A DNA stretch of 64,000 bases, from NCBI GenBank assembly GCA_003649205.1, contig QMRC01000001.1, positions 160,001 through 224,000 on the forward strand, read 5' to 3'. The notes under the pieces were generated by a model. The model ran no database searches. It saw only the letters and a list, made by a program, of their open reading frames with translations, and was not told where the DNA came from. The position numbers and the translations under genes are program-made. This stretch comes from Thermoprotei archaeon. GTDB lineage: Archaea; Thermoproteota; Thermoprotei; Thermoproteales; B15-G16. Positions 37,047 through 48,208 of the stretch are shown one piece after another. Position 1 is the stretch's first letter; the number at the start of each line of letters is the position of its first letter.

Positions 37047-37601
37047 TTACTTCTCCTTCCCCTCCCCCTCTTCACTCTTACCTTCTTTGCCAATTCGCCT
37101 CTCAGCCTCCTCAATAATCCTACGTACATCCACTTTATACCTCTTCCTCCTCTCGACACCATACAACCAGCTAAAGTCAGGATCACTCCTTATACATGGA
37201 TGTTCAGGATCGACAAGAATGACCTCGAAGTATTTATAATGACCGTCTTCACCTACCCAGTAGCTTCCAAGGACCTCCATGTTTGGGTACCTTCTTGCTG
37301 CTCTCTCCTCTGCTATTAGCTGTAGGCTTTTCTTTGCTGCATGGTAAATACCCATTCTCTTTGGTCTTCGACCTGAGTCAGGTCTTGGTTTCTCGAGTAG
37401 TCCTCTACGAACCTTTACTCTCACAACTATGATACCGGGCTTTGCCTTGTAGCCTAGTTGTCTAGCTTTGTCTAGTCTCGTTGGTTTTGGTATCCTAACT
37501 ACTGTTGGTTGCTTTCTCCACTGAACCATCCTTTGTTTGATGATTTCCCATATCCAGCTCTTTCTAGCTCTTCTCCAAGCTAACTTAATGTACTTGTACA
37601 C
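37047..37601 (-). CDS. rpl15e: 50S ribosomal protein L15e
   Basis: [57 protein letters not shown]. Confidence 0.96.
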   Translation of the reverse strand: MYKYIKLAWRRARKSWIWEIIKQRMVQWRKQPTVVRIPKPTRLDKARQLGYKAKPGIIVVRVKVRRGLLEKPRPDSGRRPKRMGIYHAAKKSLQLIAEERAARRYPNMEVLGSYWVGEDGHYKYFEVILVDPEHPCIRSDPDFSWLYGVERRKRYKVDVRRIIEEAERRIGKEGKSEEGEGKEK

Positions 37602-37660
37602 TGAACTTCACCGCGTAGGTCTTCCTTGAGGTACTTCTCTAAAAACTTAACCACTTTGAG

Positions 37661-38926
37661 CTAGGTAAGTACCTTAGTGAGGAGTGACTCAGTAGCTACT
37701 ACGAGGGGATCTCTCAAATTAGTTAGCTCTGGATTGTATCCAATGGTGATGTGTAGTAGTTCCTGTAGTGATGTACTCTTCAGTATGCTTATTGCAATGA
37801 GTTTAGCTATGTCACATACTCTCTGATCTGTACCAGCTATGAAGCTACCGAGTAGTCTCTGTGTTCTGTAGTCGCAGATTAGCTTTAGCGTGATCTCACT
37901 AACTTCCTTCCCTGGAAGGGGTTGAGTTATCGGTGATCTAATTCTCGAAGCTACAGTGTTCACACCTTGCTTTCTTAGGAAGGTAGCTGTGTAGCCGATG
38001 AGTGCTATGATGTACTTACCTAGCTTCAGTAGCCTAATTGGTACGAAACCTCTTACGTGGATGCTGTACCCAGCTAGCTTCAGTGCTACGTACAGTGCAT
38101 GGAGGTAGGAGAATGTATCTGATTCAAGCTTATTAGCTATACCGAGTACAGGATCTACTACCTTGCTGCATCTACCTACGCAGTAGATATTGCTGTACTT
38201 CGTTGATCCGATGGTATTAGTTGCAGGTTCTTCACCGAGATCGAGATTAGGTACCTTAGACCAACTACGTAGCTCTACCTTAGCAATTACGTCAACTTCA
38301 TACACTTTCTCAGGCTCCGTGACGACACCGTACTTAATACCTTCCTCTTCAAGCACCTTGGTGATTAGAGACCAAGTATCTGGATCTAGGTACTCACGAA
38401 CATAGCTAGGTATTAGGAGTACACATTCGATACCTAATTCCCTCAATACGGTGAGTAGAGTTGATGCAAGAGTAGAGAAACCGTAGACACCAATGACCTT
38501 ACCCCTATCAACTAGCTTACGAAGCTCTAGAGCACTATCCTCACTCCAGAAGTGAAGAATTACCCTATCATCAATCACGAGAGGACCATGTACTTTGGGT
38601 CCAGTACATACTGCCAGAATATCGAAAGCTATCTCTTCATCACCTACTACAGCTATACGCTCAGTAGTGCTGATGCTTGAGACTGTAGATCGGAGTAGTA
38701 GTTCAACACCACAGTAATCTTGTAGATGTTCACGAGTATACATCTGCACATCATCAAGTGACAAAACATCAGAAACCACGTAAGGAAGTAGAGACCTAAT
38801 GACAGCAATTCTCTCGTGTTCCTCAACTACGGTGATATCTACCCGTGGTAAGTACCTACTTAGCAAGACTGCGAGCGAGCAACCAGCAATACCACCACCA
38901 ATGATGAGTACCTTCATGGCTATCAA
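37661..38926 (-). CDS. FAD-dependent pyridine nucleotide-disulfide oxidoreductase-like (CoADR/Nox family), degenerate
   Basis: IIGGGIAG, CTG, C-terminal dimerisation domain (LKLI...RLLG; Y.P...DP); redox Cys and second GxGxxG not evident. Confidence 0.75.
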   Translation of the reverse strand: MIAMKVLIIGGGIAGCSLAVLLSRYLPRVDITVVEEHERIAVIRSLLPYVVSDVLSLDDVQMYTREHLQDYCGVELLLRSTVSSISTTERIAVVGDEEIAFDILAVCTGPKVHGPLVIDDRVILHFWSEDSALELRKLVDRGKVIGVYGFSTLASTLLTVLRELGIECVLLIPSYVREYLDPDTWSLITKVLEEEGIKYGVVTEPEKVYEVDVIAKVELRSWSKVPNLDLGEEPATNTIGSTKYSNIYCVGRCSKVVDPVLGIANKLESDTFSYLHALYVALKLAGYSIHVRGFVPIRLLKLGKYIIALIGYTATFLRKQGVNTVASRIRSPITQPLPGKEVSEITLKLICDYRTQRLLGSFIAGTDQRVCDIAKLIAISILKSTSLQELLHITIGYNPELTNLRDPLVVATESLLTKVLT

Positions 38927-38941
38927 CCTCCATACTTTCCC

Positions 38942-39475
38942 GTGGAGAAACTTAATTTAGCTACCTACGCAATTTGGACATCAATGGGAAGGATCAAGGT
39001 ACTATTCCTCGATCTAGATGGTACAGTGTGGGATCACCTTGACATATCGAGCCTTAAACCACCATTCACAAGAATATCTGACAACACCATTGTAGACAGT
39101 ACGGGTGTGACTGTACACCTTCACCAGAACGTACGTAGATTTCTGTCAGAGATTAGGGAGCTAGGTATCAAGGTCATTGCACTGAGCTGGAACGTCTACG
39201 ACATAGCATACCAGGCACTACAGGCATTTGACTTAGTTAAGTACTTTGATGCACTCTACATAGAACCTCATCCACATAAGGGCTACCTAATGGCGAGAGC
39301 ACTTCAGGAACTCAACCTAAATGTTAAACCGTGTGAGGTCCTGTATGTCGATGATCGAGATATACACATTGATGAGATTAAAGCAATTGTTGGAGATGTA
39401 GTTTTTATCCAGGCTTGGAAGCACTTTAAGAGCTTTAATGAGCTTCTCGACCTTGTAAAGAAGTTATGCTCATAG
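38942..39475 (+). CDS. Magnesium-dependent phosphatase-1 (HAD family)
   Basis: FLDLDGTVW, LSWN, PHPHK, YVDDR. Confidence 0.88.
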   Translation: MEKLNLATYAIWTSMGRIKVLFLDLDGTVWDHLDISSLKPPFTRISDNTIVDSTGVTVHLHQNVRRFLSEIRELGIKVIALSWNVYDIAYQALQAFDLVKYFDALYIEPHPHKGYLMARALQELNLNVKPCEVLYVDDRDIHIDEIKAIVGDVVFIQAWKHFKSFNELLDLVKKLCS

Positions 39476-39583
39476 TGCTCTCCTCCAACTACTTGCTGCT
39501 CTAGGTACTTTACTCATTACCTCAATTGAGCTAGGGTTTTTTATTCTGAGCTGGTCTACAGGACTCCTTGAGGTATCCCTACG

Positions 39584-40612
39584 TTGATCACTATGAGGCG
39601 TGTAGTTAAGGTTGATGGTGATCTTCCGCTTATTGGTTGTATAGCGTTTGGGATAATTGATCGTGGTACCAACCTACTTCAGATTAGGGTTACTACGTTA
39701 TGTCCCTACAACTGTATCTACTGCTCGGTTGATGCTGGACCTCACTCACGTACTAGACAGACTGAGTACGTGATTACTGATGTTGACTATCTAGTTGAGA
39801 CCTTGAGGCAGGTAATTGAGTATAAGGGTGTTAAGCATGTTGAAGCTCACTTAGATGGTGTTGGTGAAGTTATGACCTATGACAAGATTGTTGAGTTAGT
39901 TCAGAAATTGAGTGAGATTCCTCAGATCAAGGTAATTTCGATGCAGACTAGGGGCTATAGATTCACCTATCATATCCTCGATGAGTTAGCTGATGCAGGT
40001 TTGAGTAGGGTCAATTTATCGATTGATGCTTTGGATTCTGACTTAGCTAAGTACATGGCTGGTGTTGACTGGTACAATGTTGAGGAGGTTATCAACTATG
40101 CTGAGTACATTGTGCGTTCAACTAAGATGGATCTTCTGATAGCTCCTGTTTGGGTTCCTGGTATTAATGATCGTGAGATACCTAGATTGATTGAGTGGGC
40201 TAAGAGAATTGGTGCCGGTAAGAGGTGGCCTCCTCTTGGTATTCAGAAGTTTGTTGTTCATAAGAGAGGTAGGAAGCCTAGAGGTGTTAGGGAGATGAGG
40301 TGGAGTGAGTTCTATAGGTGGTTGAGGAAGTGGGAGAAGGAGTTTGGTATTAAGTTGGTGCTCTCTCCTGAGGATTTTCAGATATTTAAGACTAGGTCGC
40401 TACCAACTAGGTTTAGAGTTGGTGAGAGAATTTGGGTTAAGGTCGTTGAGTGGGGGTGGCAGAAGGGTGAGTTACTTGGTGTTTGTGGTGATAGATTAGT
40501 AACTATTGTTGGTGTTCGTAGCGATGAGGGGGAGTATCTTCTTGGTAAAGTTGTTAGGGTTGAGGTTATCGAGAATAAGCACAACATATACCTAGCTAGG
40601 TTACATCTATAG
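39584..40612 (+). CDS. Radical SAM protein with C-terminal TRAM-like domain
   Basis: GCIAFGIIDRGTN, CPYNCIYCSVDAG, EAHLDGVGE, APVWVPGIND. Confidence 0.88.
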   Translation: MITMRRVVKVDGDLPLIGCIAFGIIDRGTNLLQIRVTTLCPYNCIYCSVDAGPHSRTRQTEYVITDVDYLVETLRQVIEYKGVKHVEAHLDGVGEVMTYDKIVELVQKLSEIPQIKVISMQTRGYRFTYHILDELADAGLSRVNLSIDALDSDLAKYMAGVDWYNVEEVINYAEYIVRSTKMDLLIAPVWVPGINDREIPRLIEWAKRIGAGKRWPPLGIQKFVVHKRGRKPRGVREMRWSEFYRWLRKWEKEFGIKLVLSPEDFQIFKTRSLPTRFRVGERIWVKVVEWGWQKGELLGVCGDRLVTIVGVRSDEGEYLLGKVVRVEVIENKHNIYLARLHL

Positions 40613-40889
40613 TTTATGAGGTGTTTTAGTAACTTATTTGCTATCTCCATGTAGTAAGCTAAGGTGGTACTAGCTTGTGTAGCAGAGCAACACCATGTAC
40701 GTCTCCAGTAGCTCCATTAGTTGTAAGGAGGTATTGAGTGCATTCCAGAGGAAGCTCAGTACAATTTCATTAAGCTAGGGTAATTGTTTAAGTGTAGGTT
40801 ATTGTGAAAGCTTATATAGTTAATTTGTATGTTTTACGAGGACGAGGTGAAGTCTGTGGTGCAGAGCTTTCTATAAGGCTCTTGAGCAA

Positions 40890-43853
40890 ATGCTTCATGA
40901 TCCTAGGGTTAGGGGTTTTGTAGAGTACTTAAGGAAGATTGAGAGTAAGTGGCAAAGGAAATGGATGGAAGAAAGGGTTTTCGAGGCTGATCCTGATCCT
41001 AGCAAACCTAAGTTCTTCATAACAGTAGCATTTCCGTACCCCAATGCCCCTCAGCACCTAGGTCACGTCAGGACATACAGCATAACTGATGTACATGCTA
41101 GGTACAGGAGAATGAAGGGGTATAACGTACTATTTCCAATGGGCTTCCACTACACAGGTACTCCGATACTAGCAATGGCTAGGAGAATAGCTAGGGGAGA
41201 TTCCGACCTAGTATGGTTACTTACAGAGGTGTATGGTGTACCTAAGGAGAAGCTACCTGAACTCACTGATCCACTTAAACTAGCTAGGTACTTCCATCAG
41301 GAGATTAAGGAGGGCATGATTAGACTTGGCTATAGCATTGACTGGCGTAGAGAGTTCACTACAGTTGATCCTGAATTCAATAAGTTCATTGAGTGGCAAT
41401 TCCTAAAGCTTAGGGAGAAGGGATTTATTGTCTCCGGTACCTACCCCATACCTTACTGTCCAAGCTGTGAGAATCCCGTTGGTATGCATGATACAGAGGA
41501 CGATGTAGAACCTGAGGTAGCTGAGTTCACGGTGATTAAGTTCAGGTTAGAGGATGGTACAGTACTCCCAGTGGCAACCCTTAGACCAGAGACTATCTTT
41601 GGTGTTACAAACCTCTGGATTAATCCTGACGCCACTTACGTAGTGGCTGATGTCAATCAGGAAAGGTGGATTATATCGAGGGAGGCTGTTGAGAAGTTAA
41701 AGCATCAGAACTACAGCGTGGAGATTCTATCTGAAGTTCGTGGTTCTGATCTCATCGGTAAGTTCGTGCTAAATCCAGTAACTAATGAGAAGGTACCTGT
41801 ACTACCAGCTACATTCGTTGATCCTGACTTTGCAACAGGTATAGTAATGTCGGTACCTGCTCACGCACCCTTTGACTATGCAGCACTCAAGGACTTGAAA
41901 CAGAGGTCTAGAGAGGTAGCTGAGAAGTACGGTCTACCTGAAGAACTCATTAAATCTATAGAGCCAAAGATAATCATTAAGGTAGATAGTACCCCTAAAG
42001 CCACTGCTGTTGAGTATGTCGAGAAGTACGGTATTAAGTCGCAGTCTGAGAAGCTAGCTCTCGAATCTCTCACTCGAGAGGTATACTCACTGGAGTTACT
42101 TAGAGGGGTAATGCACGATAATACGCCTTATGCAGGAACATCAGTTAAGGATGCACGAGAGAAGGTGAAGGAGGATCTCACTTCACGAGGTTACGCTACT
42201 ATAGTGTACGAGATTGTGAATAGACCTGTCTTCTGTAGGTGTAAGACAAAGGTTATAGTGAAGATACTTCCAGATCAGTGGTTTATCGACTACGGTAATG
42301 AGAAGTGGAAGGAATTAGCTAGAGAGTGCTTAAGGAAGGTCAACATAATTCCACCTGAGATACGTAAGGAATTTGAAAACACTATTGAGTGGTTGAGGAG
42401 AAGACCATGTGCGAGGAAGAGAGGTTTAGGTACTAAGCTACCTTGGGATAGAAGGTGGGTTATCGAGTCGCTAAGTGACTCAACCATATACATGGCATTC
42501 TACACAATAATTCACCTCATAAGGAAGAACAGGATACCACCAGAGAAGTTAACGCCAGAATTCTTCGACTACATACTCCTAGGTATAGGAGATGTAGAGG
42601 AGCTATCGAAGAAGCTAGGAATACCTACGGAAGTACTTGAGGAAATTAGAAGGGAGTTCACCTACTGGTACCCCTGTGACGCTAGACACAGTGGAAAGGA
42701 CTTAGTACCAAATCACTTAACATTCTACCTCTTCAATCATGCAGCAATATTCCCTGAGGATAAGTGGCCTAGATCGATAGTTGTCAATGGTTGGGTACTA
42801 CTTGAAAAGCAGAAGATGTCTAAGTCAAAGGGTAACATAATTCCTGTACGTAAAGCACTTGAGCTACTTCCAGCAGATGTCATAAGGTTAACCATACTAT
42901 CAGCTGCTGAGTTGATGCAGGATGCTGATTTCTCGCTTGAAGGTGTTAAGACTTCGATAGACATACTGTCCAAGATGTATACACTCATTAGGAAGGTAGT
43001 GGAGATGGGTAGACCGGGACCCGTGAAGAGTACTGAGTTAACGTACTGTGACAAGATCTTCATTAACAAGGTTAAGTTGCTGATTAAGGAAATAGATGAG
43101 TCACTGAGTAGATTGAGAATTAGGGATGCAGTGCAGAAGGCTTACTTCAGTATGTACAATTTTGTTATGGACTACTTATCGCTTGTAGAAGATGAGATGA
43201 GTGACGAGAGGAGGCGAGAAGTGATTAAGTATGTGCTGTGGTATGTGATCGATAAGTGGATTAGGGTCATTGCTCCTTTCACACCACACATAGCTGAAGA
43301 GCTTTGGTCTATGATTGATGGTGAAGGTTTTGTATCCATTGCTAGGTGGCCTGAAGTAAGGGATGAGGAGATTGATTACAGCTATGTCCTAGCTGATGAG
43401 TACATCAAGAGGTTAGTAGATGATATCTCTGCTGTTGTGAGAGCTACAGGAAAGAAACCTAGCAGAGTGTTCATTTACGTTGCTAAGAGAGAACACCTAG
43501 AGCTACTACGCAAGGTACTACACTACATAAGTACCGAGAAGCTTAGTGCTAGCGAAGCTGTTCGTAAGGTACTCAGTGAGGTCAAGGATCGTGAACTCAA
43601 GAAGTGGCTTGGTGAGAGAATGAAGAAGTTCATTGAGTACGTTGTCACAATTCCAGAGCTAATGAGGGATCTAGTGATTAGAGGAGTACCTATAGACGAG
43701 TATAGTGTGCTGAAGGAAGGTAGTAAGTACTTAGCTAAGTTACTGCACTGTAGTGAAGTCATTGTGTATCACTACGATGATCCTGAGAGGTATGATCCAG
43801 CAGGTAGGAGTAAACTAGCACTACCACTTAGACCGGCAATATACATCGAGTAG
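40890..43853 (+). CDS. leuS: Leucine--tRNA ligase (archaeal type)
   Basis: FPYPN..HLGH, ATLRPET, TGIVMSVPAHAPFD, IESLSDSTIY, GKDLVPNHL, KMSKSKGN, ALPLRPAIYIE. Confidence 0.97.
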   Translation: MLHDPRVRGFVEYLRKIESKWQRKWMEERVFEADPDPSKPKFFITVAFPYPNAPQHLGHVRTYSITDVHARYRRMKGYNVLFPMGFHYTGTPILAMARRIARGDSDLVWLLTEVYGVPKEKLPELTDPLKLARYFHQEIKEGMIRLGYSIDWRREFTTVDPEFNKFIEWQFLKLREKGFIVSGTYPIPYCPSCENPVGMHDTEDDVEPEVAEFTVIKFRLEDGTVLPVATLRPETIFGVTNLWINPDATYVVADVNQERWIISREAVEKLKHQNYSVEILSEVRGSDLIGKFVLNPVTNEKVPVLPATFVDPDFATGIVMSVPAHAPFDYAALKDLKQRSREVAEKYGLPEELIKSIEPKIIIKVDSTPKATAVEYVEKYGIKSQSEKLALESLTREVYSLELLRGVMHDNTPYAGTSVKDAREKVKEDLTSRGYATIVYEIVNRPVFCRCKTKVIVKILPDQWFIDYGNEKWKELARECLRKVNIIPPEIRKEFENTIEWLRRRPCARKRGLGTKLPWDRRWVIESLSDSTIYMAFYTIIHLIRKNRIPPEKLTPEFFDYILLGIGDVEELSKKLGIPTEVLEEIRREFTYWYPCDARHSGKDLVPNHLTFYLFNHAAIFPEDKWPRSIVVNGWVLLEKQKMSKSKGNIIPVRKALELLPADVIRLTILSAAELMQDADFSLEGVKTSIDILSKMYTLIRKVVEMGRPGPVKSTELTYCDKIFINKVKLLIKEIDESLSRLRIRDAVQKAYFSMYNFVMDYLSLVEDEMSDERRREVIKYVLWYVIDKWIRVIAPFTPHIAEELWSMIDGEGFVSIARWPEVRDEEIDYSYVLADEYIKRLVDDISAVVRATGKKPSRVFIYVAKREHLELLRKVLHYISTEKLSASEAVRKVLSEVKDRELKKWLGERMKKFIEYVVTIPELMRDLVIRGVPIDEYSVLKEGSKYLAKLLHCSEVIVYHYDDPERYDPAGRSKLALPLRPAIYIE

Positions 43854-43859
43854 GTAGAA

Positions 43860-44486
43860 GTGAAGAACTTGAAGCTAAATACCCTACTAGAGATTCGTAC
43901 CAAAAAATTAAGAGATCTTGAGTTCATTGAGTTAAAACCAATTCAAGCACTCCTCCTCTTTCTATCTCAAGAACCTAAGGGATTTAGTAGCTATTTAAAA
44001 CTACACCTAGCCATATTTCACGTACATGACTTAGTTCCTTACAATTTCATGGTAACACCATTCATGCCCTACAGCTCTGAACTTGAAAACGATATTGAGC
44101 AGTTACGTAGGTTGAGATTGCTTGAGTTCAGGTACAGGAAGTACTACAGTGGTAGGGTGTGTGAGATCGTGGTTACTAATCGAGGAATTGAAATCAGTAA
44201 TCATTTGCTCAATCTCGTTCGTAAAGGTAGCATTTTGCTATGGTCATCACTCATAGTGAAGGGAAAGGATTACGTGAGTAGGTTACGGTACATGAAGAGA
44301 TTACTCGCTGAGTTACCTATGAGGAAGCTAGTAATGAGCTATATCGTGAAGTTCCTATTTAGAAGTAATGAAGTGATCTTCAAGCATGATCTGAGTAATC
44401 TCAAGAAACTAGCTCTGTACGAAGCTTTATCGGTAATCTCAGCAGATACTTCTTCAGACCTATACATATTAATCCCTTCATACTAG
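43860..44486 (+). CDS. Hypothetical winged-helix protein (YwgA/SocA-like motif)
   Basis: KLHLAIF...YNF...PYSSELENDIEQL...TNRG pattern. Confidence 0.55.
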   Translation: MKNLKLNTLLEIRTKKLRDLEFIELKPIQALLLFLSQEPKGFSSYLKLHLAIFHVHDLVPYNFMVTPFMPYSSELENDIEQLRRLRLLEFRYRKYYSGRVCEIVVTNRGIEISNHLLNLVRKGSILLWSSLIVKGKDYVSRLRYMKRLLAELPMRKLVMSYIVKFLFRSNEVIFKHDLSNLKKLALYEALSVISADTSSDLYILIPSY

Positions 44487-46532
44487 TTCAAGAATGGAGT
44501 TTATGAAGGTATCAGCACCAACTACTCTACATCCAAGTACTTTAAGTACCTGAGGAACAATATTGGATAGCCTAATCGAGCGCATCCTACCTATTTTCCT
44601 CCTCAATCTGGCGTACAAGCAATCGGGAATTACTACCAGTACATCACCCCTCTCAAGACCTCTAGGTTCAACTTCACTACTCAACACTACAATGCGTGTA
44701 ATACCTTGAACTGGGTTCTTCAGATGAACTTCATATCCTAGGTACTCAACCTCCATACCTAGTAGCTGAAGTGTAGTAGCAAGCAATGCAGAAATTTCTT
44801 CACTATGTACGGTATCCTCAATCTTTGTTAGTGGTTTTGGTGAGTAGAATCTTGATCCATCTCGGGTATACGATTGAGCTACGTTCTCTACTTCCTTAAT
44901 TACGTAGCTCAGTGGTACATATAGGTGAGCTAGGTTTAGTACTGAGTAGGTGAAGAGGGTAAGAGATAGCGCTCTCAATCTCTTTTCACGTAATTTACGA
45001 AAGAGCAATATGAATATGTATGGTAGGAGCTTAGAGAGTGTAGGTACCTTACCTACGACATCATTATCCACGTACTGGGTGTGTAGGTTCTTAGGTTGTT
45101 TAAGGCTACAGATGTTGGTGTATACTTCTAGAGCTAGATTCCTCACTTGTTCATCTAGATCACGTAGGAGGTAACTAGATATGGTTCTTAGATTGAGCAA
45201 TTTCTCTCTTTTCTGTAAGGTCTTTCCCTCTGTAAACTCCATGACTGTGGTTATCCATCCCTGTAGTTCATCTAGAGGTTTACCTCTCTCAGCTGCTCTT
45301 GTTTCAAGTCTTGAGAGCGAGTACGTAGCTTCTCTTAGTGTGAAGTTGTTTAATCTACGTATACGTAATACTTCAGGTACAAGTCCACATTTAGTGAGGA
45401 CGACCAACTTGCCGCCTTTGCTGGAGTTATCTAATATTGTGTTTAAACTTTTCAGTTCACTTTGATCCGTAACCTCGATGAAGATCGTGTGTCCTTGCTT
45501 TATCTGTCTTATCTGCTCTATGTCTGATGTACATGCGATGGTTGCTTTACATGACATTACCTCATCTATGTTACCCCATCTGCAGTAGTTACTTAGCTCA
45601 CGAATAGCTTCCTTTCTGGAGTCTAGGTACTGTTTGAGGAAATTCTCAAGGAATAGTGGTAGTGCAACTTCGACAATTAGTGGTTTTGCTTCATTGATCT
45701 TACTCATGTACAATTCTCGAATACATCTGAAGAGAGCTGTACCTATTTCTCCAAACTTTTGCTGAAGTATTTCTTGAAGAGCATCAAATGAAGTTCTTAG
45801 TCTCGTATTGAGTTCACCAATTACAAGAGGATTCAGTACCCTTGAGAGACCACATCTGCACCTACTACGTAATTCAGCAAGCACAGGTACGTAGTTCAGT
45901 ATACGCAGTACATCACTTGATAACCAGTCAATGATTAGTTTCCTTGCATTACGTTCATCTACATTAAGATTTTGTCTGGTCAGTTCAAGAAGTTTGCTGA
46001 AGCTCATAGGGAAGCTCAAGTCCTTTAAGAACACCTTACTCTTACTCTCATGATTACGGTGTTCACTTGAGAAAGTAAGTACAGGTTCCCAAACAATGCT
46101 CTTTACATCAACTAACTCTCCGCAACCTTTACACCTTACCCTATAGAGATTCCCTAGCTTCACAACCTCACCATTCAGATTCACAGTATACTCCAACATG
46201 CTAGATATTGCGGCACTTAGTTCCTTCCTCAGTTCCTTGACATTGCATACATGTGTTAGTGCTCTAAGAGCTACACATTCTAGCTCATTACATAAGCAAA
46301 TTACCTTCCTCCTAAGTCGTAGTGCTTCATAAGTTGTAACAGGTAGTCCGGATGATACGTTAATCACTACATCACCAGAGTTGGTGTACTCCTTTAAATA
46401 CGTCCTGACTACACTCCACGGTGTACGTACTAAGAGCCTAAATGGTCTATACACTGATCGTGGAGGATACTCACAGGTAGATATAGGTGCGCCTAGATTC
46501 CTAACAACACTAATAACTGATCTATACGACAT
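44478..46532 (-). CDS. Degenerate DNA-methyltransferase-like protein with Zn ribbon
   Basis: RTPWSVVRTYLKEYTNSGDVV...TTYEALRLRRKVI matches the amino-MTase N-terminal layout; CKGC...CRC; SAM motif eroded (NVSSGLP), no DPPY/NPPY. Confidence 0.65.
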   Translation of the reverse strand: MSYRSVISVVRNLGAPISTCEYPPRSVYRPFRLLVRTPWSVVRTYLKEYTNSGDVVINVSSGLPVTTYEALRLRRKVICLCNELECVALRALTHVCNVKELRKELSAAISSMLEYTVNLNGEVVKLGNLYRVRCKGCGELVDVKSIVWEPVLTFSSEHRNHESKSKVFLKDLSFPMSFSKLLELTRQNLNVDERNARKLIIDWLSSDVLRILNYVPVLAELRSRCRCGLSRVLNPLVIGELNTRLRTSFDALQEILQQKFGEIGTALFRCIRELYMSKINEAKPLIVEVALPLFLENFLKQYLDSRKEAIRELSNYCRWGNIDEVMSCKATIACTSDIEQIRQIKQGHTIFIEVTDQSELKSLNTILDNSSKGGKLVVLTKCGLVPEVLRIRRLNNFTLREATYSLSRLETRAAERGKPLDELQGWITTVMEFTEGKTLQKREKLLNLRTISSYLLRDLDEQVRNLALEVYTNICSLKQPKNLHTQYVDNDVVGKVPTLSKLLPYIFILLFRKLREKRLRALSLTLFTYSVLNLAHLYVPLSYVIKEVENVAQSYTRDGSRFYSPKPLTKIEDTVHSEEISALLATTLQLLGMEVEYLGYEVHLKNPVQGITRIVVLSSEVEPRGLERGDVLVVIPDCLYARLRRKIGRMRSIRLSNIVPQVLKVLGCRVVGADTFINSILELV

Positions 46533-46678
46533 ACCGAGGTTACCAGATGGTATTACAGTGATCTTGGATTTGCTACTTCTCGAAAGGTTAAAAAGATTAG
46601 CTAGTACTCTCTTGTAAGCTCGGAGAATATCCCAATCATTACCTTGGTATTACAACATTGATGTGAGGTGTAGCGGTT

Positions 46679-48208
46679 ATGTCAGTTGATCTAGCAAGAG
46701 AAACGTACAGAGGTCTCAGCCCAGCTGAGTTCTTCTACAGGAATAAGGAGATTGCAGGTTTTTCGAATCCAGCTAGAGCACTCTACCAAACAATTAGGGA
46801 GCTTGTTGAGAATGCACTTGATGCTACGGAACTTCACGGTATACTACCTGACATAAAGATCTTCGTTGATGTAGTTGATCCAGGTAAGAACATAGTGAAG
46901 GTAAGGGTTGAGGATAACGGTATTGGCGTACCTAAGGAGGAGGTACCTAAAGTCTTCGGAATGGTCTTCTACGGCTCGAAGTACAAGATTAGGCAATCAC
47001 GTGGTGTCTTTGGTCTTGGTGTAAAGATGGCTGTACTCTATGCTCAAATAACCACCGGTAAGCCAGTTTACGTAAAGAGTTCAACAATTGACTCGAAGGA
47101 GATCTATGAATTTGAGGTCATGATAGACGTCATTAACAATAGACCGATTGTACTCTCTCACCGAAGCTATCGCAAAGATAATCAATGGCATGGTACGGTT
47201 GTCGAACTGACAATTGAAGGTAATTGGTCATATGCAAAGAAGAGAATTGAGGAATACATAAAGAGAACAGCACTCATAACACCCTACGCAAACATATACT
47301 TCAAAGGGCCTGACATAGAGTTAGCGTTCACAAGAGCAACTAGGAGAATACCGAAACCACCAAGGGAAGGCCTACCACATCCTAAAGGTGTCGACATTGA
47401 GATGTTGAAGCAAATGATAGCTATGACCGAGGAAAACCTATCGCTTAGAGACTTCCTGATTAAGTACTTCGATGGTGTTGGAAAGATATCAGCAGAGACA
47501 TTCCTCAAGTGGGCTGGCTTCAATCCAGAACAGTCAATAAAGACACTCACATTGGAGCAACTTGATGAGTTAGCTCGTAAAATGCGTGAGTACAGTGGTT
47601 GGAAGAGACCAAAGGACATCTCACTATCTCCATTAGGTGAGGAACTCCTTAGGAGAGGAATTGAGGAGGTACTGAAGCCAGAATTCATAGCTACTGTCAC
47701 ACGAAAACCCTCATCCTACATAGGTAATCCATTCGTAGTTGAAACAGCAATAGCGTGGGGTGGTAAGATACCACCATCGGAGAAACCAATACTGTACAGA
47801 TTCGCTAACAAGATACCACTACTCTACGATGAGGGTGCTGATGTAACCAGAAAGATTGTTGATAGTATTGACTGGAGTGTGTATAAGGTTAAGTTCCCTG
47901 CACCACTCCTTGTCGTGGTTCACATATGCTCAACGAAGATACCGTTTAAGGGTGTAGGTAAGGAAGCTATTGCTGAGGTACCTGAACTTGAAGAGGAGAT
48001 AGAGGCTGCTCTTAGAGAATGTGCTAGAAAGCTGAGAATGTACATAACTAAGAAGGAGAAGGAACTTGAACTAGCACTCAAAAGAGTTACCTTCATGAAG
48101 TACCTACCCGAAGTAGCATCAGCACTATCCTACATAACTGGTAAGGATAGGGCACACATTGAGAGAAATCTCATAGATATCCTCGAAGCAAAGCTCAGAG
48201 GTAGCTAG
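46679..48208 (+). CDS. top6B: DNA topoisomerase VI subunit B
   Basis: SPAEFFYRN, ELVENALDA, EDNGIG, QSRGVFGLG, PHPKG, RFANKIPL, KGVGKE. Confidence 0.97.
   Translation: MSVDLARETYRGLSPAEFFYRNKEIAGFSNPARALYQTIRELVENALDATELHGILPDIKIFVDVVDPGKNIVKVRVEDNGIGVPKEEVPKVFGMVFYGSKYKIRQSRGVFGLGVKMAVLYAQITTGKPVYVKSSTIDSKEIYEFEVMIDVINNRPIVLSHRSYRKDNQWHGTVVELTIEGNWSYAKKRIEEYIKRTALITPYANIYFKGPDIELAFTRATRRIPKPPREGLPHPKGVDIEMLKQMIAMTEENLSLRDFLIKYFDGVGKISAETFLKWAGFNPEQSIKTLTLEQLDELARKMREYSGWKRPKDISLSPLGEELLRRGIEEVLKPEFIATVTRKPSSYIGNPFVVETAIAWGGKIPPSEKPILYRFANKIPLLYDEGADVTRKIVDSIDWSVYKVKFPAPLLVVVHICSTKIPFKGVGKEAIAEVPELEEEIEAALRECARKLRMYITKKEKELELALKRVTFMKYLPEVASALSYITGKDRAHIERNLIDILEAKLRGS

Noticed and set aside
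40743-40754. ORB-like TTCCAGAGGAAG upstream of leuS
   Set aside because: Single copy, no G-string, no initiator gene nearby.
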